A stretch of DNA of 53,199 nucleotides, from positions 1-53,199 of the IMG/VR virus record IMGVR_UViG_3300025668_000008; one strand, 5' to 3'. The DNA is from a virus. Its lineage: Duplodnaviria > Caudoviricetes. The position numbers and the translations under genes were made by a program. Numbering within the stretch: position 1 is the stretch's first letter; every line of letters starts with the position of its first letter. The notes under the pieces are model-generated. The model did no database searches. It was not told where the DNA came from and saw only the letters and a program-made list of their open reading frames with translations. This document shows, one piece after another, positions 1 to 11,400 of the stretch.

Positions 1-7
1 TAGCAGA

Positions 8-55
8 ATGAGTCAACTAGTCGTCAACCTACCAGCACAAAAAGTATGGGTTCGT
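8..55 (+). pseudogene. 16-codon N-terminal remnant (MSQLVVNLPAQKVWVR) of a conserved cyanomyovirus hypothetical gene, now in frame with the next small ORF
   Basis: The peptide matches my recollection of a ~200-aa cyanophage protein (MSQLVVNLPAQKVWVRKEYL...) found upstream of gp25. Here the similarity stops after VWVR and runs into AT-rich sequence containing a late promoter and an RBS. Recalled, not searched. Confidence 0.5.
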
Positions 56-61
56 AGGGTG

Positions 62-69
62 AATAAATA
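62..69 (+). promoter_or_regulatory. T4-type late promoter variant AATAAATA
   Basis: One mismatch to TATAAATA, ~35 nt upstream of the ATG at 104. Confidence 0.55.
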
Positions 70-103
70 TAAAGAGTTCTATTCTATACTAATTTGGAGT
101 AAA

Positions 104-232
104 ATGGCAAATCAACCCGTGCCTGATCAAAGTGAAGAATTTAAAAAATCTGGTATGGTATTAATTACCGATCCAAAATCAGATTATTACTTAAAAAAAT
201 CAGCAGAAACCAAAAAAGACAAGAAAAAGTAG
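104..232 (+). CDS. small hypothetical protein (42 aa, MANQPVPDQS...KKDKKK)
   Basis: The ATG at 104 has GGAG (96-99) and a late promoter upstream, so it is the likely true start inside the tracked 8..232 ORF. Confidence 0.6.
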   Translation: MANQPVPDQSEEFKKSGMVLITDPKSDYYLKKSAETKKDKKK

Positions 233-258
233 ATATATAAAGTATAACGGGCGTTAAA

Positions 259-651
259 ATGCGTAAGGTATCCAAAAAATTTGTTGATATTAATCCCAGT
301 TTTGAACCTCACCCTATTACGGGTGATATTAATCTGTTAACAAATGAGGATGCCATCAAACAAGCAGTAAAAAGTGTTGTAATGACCATGAGGGGCGAAA
401 AACTCTTTCGTCCTCTTTTTGGAACTGAAGCACAAGTTATATTGTTTGAAAATTTTGACCCTATTTTGGCAGATGATATCACACTTTCAATTGAAGACGC
501 ATTAAAAGTTTTTGAACCTCGCGTTAAAGTTATTAATATTGATTATCTTGATAATATGGACGATAATTCAGTAAATATTACAATTAATTATGAAATTATA
601 GGATTACCTCTGAATCAGCAGTCACTTAACCTTATTTTAGAACGAGTATAA
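259..651 (+). CDS. gp25: baseplate wedge subunit gp25
   Basis: Motifs HPITGD...NEDAIKQAV...GEKLFRPLFG...FEPRV; 130 aa; directly upstream of gp6. Confidence 0.93.
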   Translation: MRKVSKKFVDINPSFEPHPITGDINLLTNEDAIKQAVKSVVMTMRGEKLFRPLFGTEAQVILFENFDPILADDITLSIEDALKVFEPRVKVINIDYLDNMDDNSVNITINYEIIGLPLNQQSLNLILERV

Positions 652-2495
652 TGGCGTTTAACACGGTCACTAATTTAGATTTTGACAATATCAAACAAAG
701 TTTGAAAGCGTATTTGCGTGCGTCGGATACTTTTAGTGATTATAATTTTGAAGGGTCTGTCTTATCACAATTAATTGACGTACTATCATATAACACTTAT
801 TATTCAGCGTTAAATGCTAACCTGATTGCCAATGAAGTATTTTTTGATAGTGCCTCTATTAGAGAGAATGTTGTTTCTCTTGCGAGTTTGATTGGATATA
901 CACCAAGATCATCAAAGTCATCGCTGGCAACGATCTCTATGGATGTGCCAGTATCTCCTCAGATTGGTTCATTTACTTTAAAGAAGGGCGAATCGTTTAT
1001 TGGTAGTAATCAAAATGGTTCTTATGTATTTTCAACATTAGATGATGTTACGAGAGAAGCATTTGTAGATGTTGATGGGATTAGGAAGGTACGGTTTTCT
1101 GATATCAACATCTATCAAGGAAATTTATTAAGTATTGTGTATCCTATTGATACATCAACCAGACAAAGTATTATTATTCCAAGTGCTAATGCAGATGTTG
1201 ACTTACTCACAGTCATTGTTAATGAAGATAACGTTAATGTTCCATTAACTTATAAGAAAGCAGAAAGTATTACTGGGTTAACTTCTACCGATAAAATTTA
1301 TTGGATTCAGGAAAATAAAAACGAACAGTTTGAACTTTTCTTTGGTGATGACACATTTGGGCGTAAATTAAAAAATAATGATATAGTCACTATTGAGTAT
1401 ATTGTCAATAATCAAGACGAAGCAAATAAATGTTCACTTTTTGAATTTACTGGAGTTTTTACATTTAATGGTCAAAATTTTGAAAATGTAACTCCAACAA
1501 TTACAGTCACAAACCCCTCTTCAGGCGGTGCATTACCTCAGAGTATCACTTCCATTAAATACCTTGCTCCTAGGTCATATTCTGCCCAACAGAGAGCAGT
1601 TACAGTCAGAGATTATGAGACACTAGTCACACAACTATATCCTAATCTTGAAGCATTGTCAATTTATGGTGGAGAAGATGCTAGTCCTCCACAATATGGA
1701 AAAGTATTCATTGCAGCAAAACCATTTGGTGCTGATAAAATGACTACGACTGCGAAAATGAATTTAACCAAGGCAATTAGAGAATATACTATTCTTTCCG
1801 TTATTCCTGAGGTTATCGACCCATCATATATTTTCTTAGAAGTTGATTCTTACGTTTATTACAATAATAATAAATCGAGAAGAACACCACAACAAATTGC
1901 TGAAGTTTCTAGAATTGTTATTCAAAAATTTGGCGAAGAAAATGATTTAGATAGATTTAATGGTAAATTTAAGTATAGTAAACTTGTATCAGAGATTGAT
2001 TCTACTGATCCTGGTATTACTTCTAATATTACTAAAATTAGAATAAAGAAAAATATGCCAGTTTTGTCAAATGTGTTTGCTTCATATGAAATTTGTTATG
2101 GAAATAGAATTTCTGATGGTACAGATTTGATTTCTAGTGGATTTAAAATTACTGGTGAAGATACTACTAATGTTTACTATTTTGAAAAATATGGTGTTTC
2201 TGGATTAGCAATTTTTAAAATTTTAGGAGGTGAAAAGATTTACTGGTCTAAAAATGCCGGTACAATTGACTATGAGAAGGGTGAAATAAATATTAATGCT
2301 ATCAATATTAATTCTGTTGTAGGTAATCTTGAAAATATATCTTTTTCTGTAATACCGAAATCAAATGACATCATTGCATTGCGAGATCTTTATATTTCTA
2401 TTAAACCAGAAGATGTAAAGGTAACCACAATCCTTGATACAATTTCATCTGCTAACAGAACATCCGGCGTAGGACAAATTCCAGTATCTAGTTAA
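651..2495 (+). CDS. gp6: baseplate wedge subunit gp6
   Basis: LDFDNIKQSL...DYNFEGS.LS.LIDVLSYNT, QQRAVT..DY and PPQYGKVFI motifs; 614 aa; TAATG overlap with gp25. Confidence 0.95.
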   Translation: MAFNTVTNLDFDNIKQSLKAYLRASDTFSDYNFEGSVLSQLIDVLSYNTYYSALNANLIANEVFFDSASIRENVVSLASLIGYTPRSSKSSLATISMDVPVSPQIGSFTLKKGESFIGSNQNGSYVFSTLDDVTREAFVDVDGIRKVRFSDINIYQGNLLSIVYPIDTSTRQSIIIPSANADVDLLTVIVNEDNVNVPLTYKKAESITGLTSTDKIYWIQENKNEQFELFFGDDTFGRKLKNNDIVTIEYIVNNQDEANKCSLFEFTGVFTFNGQNFENVTPTITVTNPSSGGALPQSITSIKYLAPRSYSAQQRAVTVRDYETLVTQLYPNLEALSIYGGEDASPPQYGKVFIAAKPFGADKMTTTAKMNLTKAIREYTILSVIPEVIDPSYIFLEVDSYVYYNNNKSRRTPQQIAEVSRIVIQKFGEENDLDRFNGKFKYSKLVSEIDSTDPGITSNITKIRIKKNMPVLSNVFASYEICYGNRISDGTDLISSGFKITGEDTTNVYYFEKYGVSGLAIFKILGGEKIYWSKNAGTIDYEKGEININAININSVVGNLENISFSVIPKSNDIIALRDLYISIKPEDVKVTTILDTISSANRTSGVGQIPVSS

Positions 2496-2497
2496 AT

Positions 2498-5400
2498 ATG
2501 TTTAACGATCTAAAAGTATCGAGTTCCATTGACAGTCAAGTATCTAATTACTTTTCTTCGGAATATCCAACATTTGTATCTTTCCTTAAGGAGTACTATG
2601 CGTTCTTAGAAACGAATAGTAATCCTTTAGATATTTTAGGAAATATTGAAAAACTTATTAATATTGACACTTACACGTCGGTAACTCCATATGCAATTTT
2701 ATCAGTATCTATCGATGCTAATGATACTGAAATTGAAGTTTATGAAGATGTAAATTTTCCTCCAATTGATGGATTGCTTAAAATTGAAGACGAAGTTATT
2801 TTATATAAAACTAGATCAGTAAAAACTGTTAACGGACAGAAGCGTACAGTTTTTTCAGGATGTACTAGAGGTTATACTTATAATGATCTTGATGTTGAAG
2901 GCGTATTGACACCAAATATTGTTACAGTAGCAGTTGCTCATGATGTTAATAACAATATTAAAGTATATAATCAAGCATTTGTATATATTCTCTATATTTT
3001 AGAAAAAATTAGAGAACAGTATCTTGTAGATTTTCCAAAGCAAGCATTAGAGAAAAATCTTGAAAATGTTAATGTAGATACCATTATTAAAAGGATTAGA
3101 GATTTTTATATCTCTAAAGGTACTCCAAAAGCAATTTCATTCTACTTTAAATTCTTATATCAAGAAAATGCTGATATTATAAACTATAGAGATCTTTTAA
3201 TGGCATCTTCTGATGCCACATATCAAAATAAAGAAATTGTAAGAATTGAAACATTAGATAATTACCCTTTAAGTTTATTAGCAGATAGGGGATGCATTTT
3301 AGTACAAGGAACAGAGCAGTTTCCAGTTCAAACAGTTGAAAATGTATTTTCTTTCGCAAGTCAAGTATTTGAACTTGAAATTACTAATGGAAGAAATTTA
3401 ATTCCAACTCTCTTTACAAAAATTACTACAGCATTTCGTATAGTAGATGATATTGCATACGTTTATGTAGATTCAACTTATAGTTTTAGTCGTGAAGGAA
3501 CTATAAGAATTGGTGATAAAATTTACACTTATTTTGATAAAGAGTTTAATTATTTTATATTAAGAGTTTCTGAAAATCCTACTTTATTGATTAATACCAA
3601 TGACTATGTTTATGATGTTGCTACTTTAGCAAGAGTAAAAGAATTAAACTCAGAAGTTATTGAAGGTTCATATTTTATCATCTATGCAGGTGTTAAAAGT
3701 TTTGAAATTATTGAAAATAGTACATATTACCAAGAAGGTGATTTAGGATTTGTTACTAATTTAATTGATGAAAATAATTTAGCGGTTAGTAATTGGACGT
3801 TTAATGATAAAACACCAATTTATTTAAACCAAGATATTGTTGCTGGAATTACTCAAATATACACTGATCCTGAGTCAATTTATGTTTATAGTTCTAGTAT
3901 TCCATTTTATGACATCAATCCAAATGGAAATTTCTTAGCAAACAACAATCTTAAGATTGTTGATTCTAGTTTGTTTAAAAAAATTCCTAAAGAATTTAAC
4001 AAAGCAGTAGATACTCTTCAGGAAGACACTGTTCCTAATAGTGTTGTTGGAATTCTTAGAGATGGAACTTATATTCACAATTGGAAGAGTGAAGAACGTA
4101 TTATTAATGGAAAAATAATAAATATTGATATTGTTAATAGTGGGGATAATTTTTCAATTAACAATCCTCCTGTACTAAAAATTGAATCCCCGTTTATAGA
4201 TTCAATTGGAGATATAAGTGTTACTTCATCAACAACTATTCCAAGTCAAGCAAATCAAGAATATCTTGTAGATGGTTCTTCTATAGTTGGTACTGAAGCA
4301 AGATTTAAAATTGTTAGAAATGCTTCTGGATCTCTACTGTCTGTAAAAGTAGTTGATACCTTATCGGGAAATAATTATGAAGTTGGTTCTAGTATTACTA
4401 TTGATGGTTCCGATGTAGGTGGTGTAAGTGAAGATGATGATATTGTATTAGAGGTTATTGCTATATGGTCTGGCACACAAGCAGAAGCAGAAATGGTCGT
4501 TTCTGGTCGTGTAACTGAAGTTTACATTAAAGACGGTGGGCAAGGATATCCATCAAATACAACTTTTATAAACGTTGTTAAACAACCTACTGATACTGTA
4601 TTTTCTGGAGATAATTTTAGAGATGCTGTTTTAGCACCTATTGTAGTTGATGGAACAATTACCAAAGTACGAATTATTGATGCCGGTGTAGGATATACAG
4701 AACAACCAACTATTGAAGTTACACCTTCTGTCAATACTAATCTTGCTACAGGTGATAAAACTGCAGATATTGAACTTCAGATTGGTGGTCCAGTAACTGA
4801 TGTTGCAATTACTAATTCAGGTGAGGGATATAGGAATAATCCATCTATTGATATTGTCAGAGGATTAGGTGCTTCTGGTATTCTTTCGGTTGATGAAGGA
4901 GTTATTACGTCTGCTTCTATTATTACTGGAGGATCTGAATATAATTCTCGTCCTATTGTAAGAGTTGTTGATCTTTCACCAACTCCAGGATTTGGAGCAA
5001 TTCTCCTTGCAGAATGGGATAGTAGTAGTAAACAAGTACAAGGAATTAAAATTTTAAATGGTGGTATCGGTTATGATGAAATTAATACAAGTATTGAAAT
5101 TTTTGAACCTGGTGAGGACCTTATATTAAACACTGTTGCTAAATTTTATACAAAGGTTAATAATACTAATCCCAATTTAAGTAATTTGATTAAACTTGAT
5201 AGTGGGGCATACTATTCACAAAAAGGTATTACTATTGATGACCAGGGAAATGAAATTGTTTTAAGTGAATATTCAATTCTTACTGCTCCTTTAAAACTTC
5301 AACTTACGAATCAAGTAACACAACAAATAGAAAATACAAACCTTTCGGATGCTAATGTACATTCTCCACTCATTGGATGGGCATTAGATGGTGCTCCAAT

Positions 5401-8400
5401 TTATGGTCCTTACGGATATAGTAATCCTCTAGACGATAAATCTGATCCTGCTAAGATGAGGAGTGGATATAAATTATTATCTCAAAATAATCTTGAACCT
5501 GAGAGAAAAGCAAATCGTAATAATGGTGGATTAAACACTGACTATTCTTATGGAGAATTTGAGCAAGATTTTGAATGGACTGCTAGAAATGCAGATCTAG
5601 ATAAAAATAATGGTAGATTTTGTAAAACTCCTGAGTACCCTAACGGTGTTTATGCCTATTTTATGACTGCAAAGACCAATCCAAATGTAAGTCAACCAGA
5701 AGAAGGATTTCCATATTTTATTGGTCCTAAATTTGCAGGTAATGTTTATACAGAATTTAACAATCAACAATTTGTTAATATTGAATCAATTCCTAATTTA
5801 AGGAGATATTTAGATTTTAGATCTACTATTGCACCAAAACCAATTGATCCTGGTTTCTTTGAGGTATCATCTATTCCATCTTCAGCAGAAGCATCTTTAG
5901 ATTTTATTGATATCATTACTCCAGGGTCTGGGTATAAATTTGGTGATGTTCTTAATTTTAACAATGAAGGAACTGATGGTTCTGATGCAGCAGGTTTTGT
6001 AAGTGTTCTAAGTGGAAAATTAATTACTTCAGTAACAAAAGCAACATATGATTACTTAGAATATAAAACTGAATTAGGAACTTTTAATGTTGGAGATCAA
6101 ATTAAAAGTTTAGAGGGATTTACTGCTACAATTTATTCAGTTGATTCTGCAAATCAAAATTTATATCTTTCCAATGTTTCGGGAGACATTCCAAATCCAG
6201 AAAATAGAGATAGTTTTTATAATACTTCACTCACATTTGATACTCAATCAGTATCAGAATTAGTAGGACCAGATATCACACAACCTGTAGTTCCTGCCAC
6301 ATTAAAACTTGCTTTATTGAATGAAACTTCTGGGATTAAGATTAATCAAACTACTTTCTTAATTGATAATTTTAATAGTTCAACAACTATTAATGATTTT
6401 GCCCCATCTTCAGGAAATCCTGTTTATATTCAAATTAATTCTGAAATTATGAAAGTAATTGCCGTTCAAGGCACTAATAGATTACTTGTAAGTAGAGGTA
6501 TTAATTCTGTTCCTAGTGTTCATATTAATAATTCAAATGTAACAATTTTATCTTCAGTAGAAGTATACGACAGTTCAAAATATTCAATTGGTGATTATAT
6601 TCAAATTAATTCTGAAAAAATGAGAGTAATTGATACTGTCATTGAAAAAAATGTTGATAATGAAGTAGTTGCGGTAAGAATTGATGATACTACAGGCACC
6701 CAAGGTGGAATACAGTATTATTTGTATTTTAATGGATATATTCAAAATAATGCTGGAGATACTGCAACAGTAGTATCACTTAATGGTGATGGTGATATTG
6801 AAGATATTACATTTACTCCAGGTGCTGAAAATTATATTTCAAATCCAATTGTATACTTATCTACTAATAGTTCATATAGTGGTACAAGTGTTAATGATGC
6901 ACCTCCTAATATTGTAAATAGCGTAAGTTTAATTGCTACAACATATAAACATACTTTGATTGTTGAAAGAGCAGCACTAGCAACTGTTTTAGCAGATCAT
7001 AACCCTAGAACTGAAGTTCAAAGATTATTTTTTAGTGCAGCAGAGACACTGAAGTATGAAGAAAATAGAATTGTAACTAAATTAAATTCTTCAGATAATG
7101 GATTAGTTATTAATGATTTTGTAAGTATTTCTGCATCTACGGAAAATGAAGAATCTTTTGAGGTATATCAACCATTAAATCAACAGTTAAGATTATCGAC
7201 TAATGTTGCATTTAATGGTGAGTACCCCAACGGTCTTACTTTATATGAAAATTCAAAGTATATATTTAATGTATTATACACTAATGCTAATTATCAAAAT
7301 ATTGAAGTAAGATTTTTTACACCAGGAATTGCTACTAGAAAAGAATATTTTGATATTAAAATAGAAAAAGAATTTAACACATCAGGTAAATTAACCAAAT
7401 TTGTATTAATACCTGATGATTCTGATTTATCTAAAATTAATATGGAAGTTAAGAATATTGCAAATGATAGTATTACTGTTATTTCATTAACTATTCTATC
7501 TGAACCAATTAACGGTTCATATAATGTAATTAACTCTGGATCTTCATTTTTTGAAGTTTACAGTGAACAGGATCCAGATCCTGAAAATGTTCTTCTCGGT
7601 CAATATAATTCAAGTAAAATTTCGTATACAACTACATCAAAAACTGCATCTGGACCTATTGAAAGAGTTACATTAACCAATAATGGGGTAAACTATCAGC
7701 AAGTTCCTGAAATTAATTCTATTATTACTGTAGATGGTGAAGGTGCTATTTTAGAAGCAGTTTCTGAAAAAGTTGGCACAATTAGATCTGTAAAAGCAAT
7801 TAATTCTGGGTATGGATATAATCCAGACCCAACTCAAAAACCAACATTAATTTTTCCAGTAATTGCTAAATTAAAAAACAATTTTACTGTAGATAGTGTA
7901 GTAATTAATGATCCTGGAGAAGGTTACTTATTTTCACCTAGAATGAAAGTTGTCGGTGGCGGTCTTCAAGATGATAGTGTAAATCATGCAAGATTTTCTT
8001 CAGATATCAATTCTAGAATTATTTCAAATGTTAATGTACTTAATCGAGGAACTAGGTACAGTTCTGCTCCAACACTAACAGCAGAAAAATATTATTATAT
8101 TAGTAATATTTCTGGAAGTGATATTAACTTTAATATTAACTTTAAACAATTTTTTCAAGAAGGAGACCCTTTTAGAGTTAGGGCATACTATTTTGCAGAT
8201 GCAAACGATCAAGCAAATCAAGTTTACAGTTTCATAGAAAGTACAACTTTCTATGCATTCCTTGGAAATGTTTCACTCAAAGCAAGAGAGCAAGGTGGAA
8301 ATGTTAACTTAAGTGTATTAGATCCAACCTATTGGTTAGGTGAAGATATCGCAACTATTATTACAACAACTGGAGTATATTATGAAGCAGTTAATTTTGC

Positions 8401-11400
8401 AAGAAATGCACAGTTTAATATTTTAATTAAAAAATCTCCATATTCTGCAGGTGAAAAAGTTAATATTATTAGAAATCTTGGTGGCATTACAACATCTATT
8501 GGTTCTGGAGAAATTTCTAATATCAATGGATGGCAAGAAAATAATTCTATTTTGAGAATTACTGGAATTACTACTAAAATTCAAACTGAGGATGAAATTA
8601 TTGGAGTAAACACTTTAGCAGTCGGTGTTGTTGATCAAATTTTCTCTGTAGAAACTTCAGCAGTATTAGATTCTATCGTTCAGACACAAAAACAGTTTAT
8701 TGATGATGGATCATTCCTCGGATCTAATGCACTTAAAATTCAAGATAGTAAGCGTTATCAAAAATTTGCTTATCAAGTTGGAGTTCAAACCCCATTTGTA
8801 AACTGGAAAGAAAATTATGAAAATGCTTTACATCCAGCAGGGTATAAGATATTTTCTAAAACAGAAGTTATAAGTCCAGATTTGGGTCAAATTACTAAAT
8901 CTCAAGACACAATTGGTACTGTTGGTACAACTTCTGCCGAATTAGCACAATTAAGAAGAAAATATAATTTTTTAGTTGCTAAGAATGAAAATATATTTGA
9001 TTCTGTTATTGTTGAAAATAAATTGCTCACCGATGTTTTAAATATAAAAACATCAATTGTTGGCGTATTTGAAGATATTTCTGATCAATTTGATGGTGTT
9101 GAAACTTTATTTGAACTTAAAGTAATTGATCCAGTAACTCCACGTAAAAATGGAAATCCAAATTATATTAATGACTATCAAGTTAACCAAATGGTTGTTC
9201 TTCTGGATAATATTATCCAAACATATGGAACGTCTTGGGAAATTATTGATGCTGATAAAGTAATTGATTTTAACGCACAACAACTGTCCGGCGATCCAAT
9301 GCCAGATGGAGAAGTTTTGAGATATAGACAATTTAATGAATCAAATTCAATTTACACTATGAATCAAACATCAATTGCTAATAATAGTGTATTTAATCTT
9401 AATCAGACAGACGGATCTGTTTGGCCAGCAGGAGTATTTGCATCAATTGATAAAGATGAATACCTGGTATTTGTTGATGGTATTGTTCAGAGAAATGATA
9501 ACTTTGCAGTTAGTGCTGGAGGTGGAACTCCTACAATTACATTTACTGATGATGATGTTTCTAATACTCCAATTGTTTTACCAGTTGGTACACAAATTTC
9601 AGTAAGGCAATCCAATTCATTTATAAAAAATGAATTATACACAGGATCTGGTGGTGTATTCACTCCTGGAAGTGTTAGTGTTGGAACTCCAGTTGTATTG
9701 TCAAATAAAACATCCGGTCCTGCATCAAAACAAGATTACTTTGTATTTGTAGATGGTGTTCTAATTTCACCAGATGATTATTCATTGGATGGAAATAAAG
9801 ATATTTTATTTGACTATGGATTTAACTATGATACTTTAATAGTTCTTATTGATACAAATGGAGTATCATTGTCTGAATTGTATCATGGCATTTCTGCTAC
9901 AAAATATGTTTATAAAATTGAAGATGGTCAATTAGAAGTTCCAATTGGATTTGTAATTAAACCAGAGCAGTATATAATTGACATTTCAGGTGTAGTTCAA
10001 ACTCCTCATATTGTTTACAATACCAGAAGTAGTGGTGTTAGAAAGATTCGTTTCTTTGAACCTCCAACTAGATATATTATACCAGATGTTGCTTCTGATA
10101 GGACAGAAATTGGAAGACAGTTTATTGGTTTCTTGTATGAAAGGTTAGATCCACAAGGTGATACAACTACACCTAACTATCAATTTGATGATGTAAGTAT
10201 TAGTAGAATACATGTTAAAGAAGGATACGATAATTTTATTACTGGTGATTATATTAATACATCAACATCATCAGCAGTCATCAAACGTAAAGAAGAAAAC
10301 GTTATTATAAAATCTGTCAGTTTAGGTTCGTCTGGATCTCTAGCATCGGGTGCAACAGCAGATATAACAATTTCATCAACACTTAAGGTTTATGTTGGTG
10401 ACCGAGTATTCTTTAATTCTGCTTTTGGGTTAACATCTGAAAATAACGATGAATTAGAAATTACTGCTATTAATGGTAATGTAATTACTTTAACAAATAT
10501 TAGTAGTTCTGCATTACCTTTGTATAATGTTCCTACCAGTGGAACAATTAGATTTATTCATAGAGAACTTGTTGTTATTGATATAGCAACAACTGAAGCA
10601 GACAGAGATGATGCATTTGTTGATACTGACGTTCTTGAAAGTGGTATTGTTTCTTCACTTAGAACTGGAGTCCAAACATTAACTAATGAACCTTTTGCAG
10701 CACTTGTTGCTGATACTGAAATTACTGTAGATGATGCTTCTGGATTTACTACAAATGATTACTTACTGATTAATGAAGTTGAAATTGTAAAAATTACTAA
10801 TATCTCAACAAATACTTTAACTGTTGATCGTTCTCAACTGAGTACATCTGCAGTTTTGCATCCTGATGGTGTAGTGGTGGAAAAAATCACTCCGTATACT
10901 TTAACAGTTAAATCTTTTGTTAGAGGATTTGATAATGATAAAACAATTTTCAAACTTTTAGAAAATGGAGCTCCAGTTAATATTGGAACCGATAAAGATA
11001 TTTTTGTCATCGTCAATGGTATTTTACAGAAGAAAGGTGGAAACAACTCATATGTTATTAACATACTTGGAACTGCACCTAATCAATACTCTGTCTTATC
11101 ATTTACAGAAGCACCTCCAGAAGGCGCTCCATTAAATGTTTTCTACCTGGGTGAGGTAAAACCATTAAAAGATATGTCTGTTCTGTTCAACGGCACTGAC
11201 CGAGCATTTAACTTGATTAATCCTACTAATGATGAGGTATTCTCATTAATTGCTAAATCTAGACCTGCAGCAAATATCTCTGCAAACTTGATTATTTTTA
11301 TTGACGGATCTTTACAAATACCATCAACCGAGGAAGCAGGTAGGGTTCCAGCATATCCAAATTCATTAGTTTCTTACAAATTATTTGGTAGTATTGTTGA

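Noticed and set aside
8-232. 74-aa ORF as a single gene
   Set aside because: It contains an internal late promoter and a better RBS/ATG at 104; interpreted as a remnant plus a 42-aa gene.
233-243. ATATATAAAG before gp25, plus TATAAATT (45782) and TATATATA (50096), as late promoters
   Set aside because: Plausible variants, but they lack the TAAATA core and lie in very AT-rich DNA; not supportable without start-site data.
7200-7500. Possible third cupredoxin-like module in gp7 (LTLYENSKYIFNV...)
   Set aside because: Only the first strands resemble the module; the His/Cys/His/Met ligands are absent.
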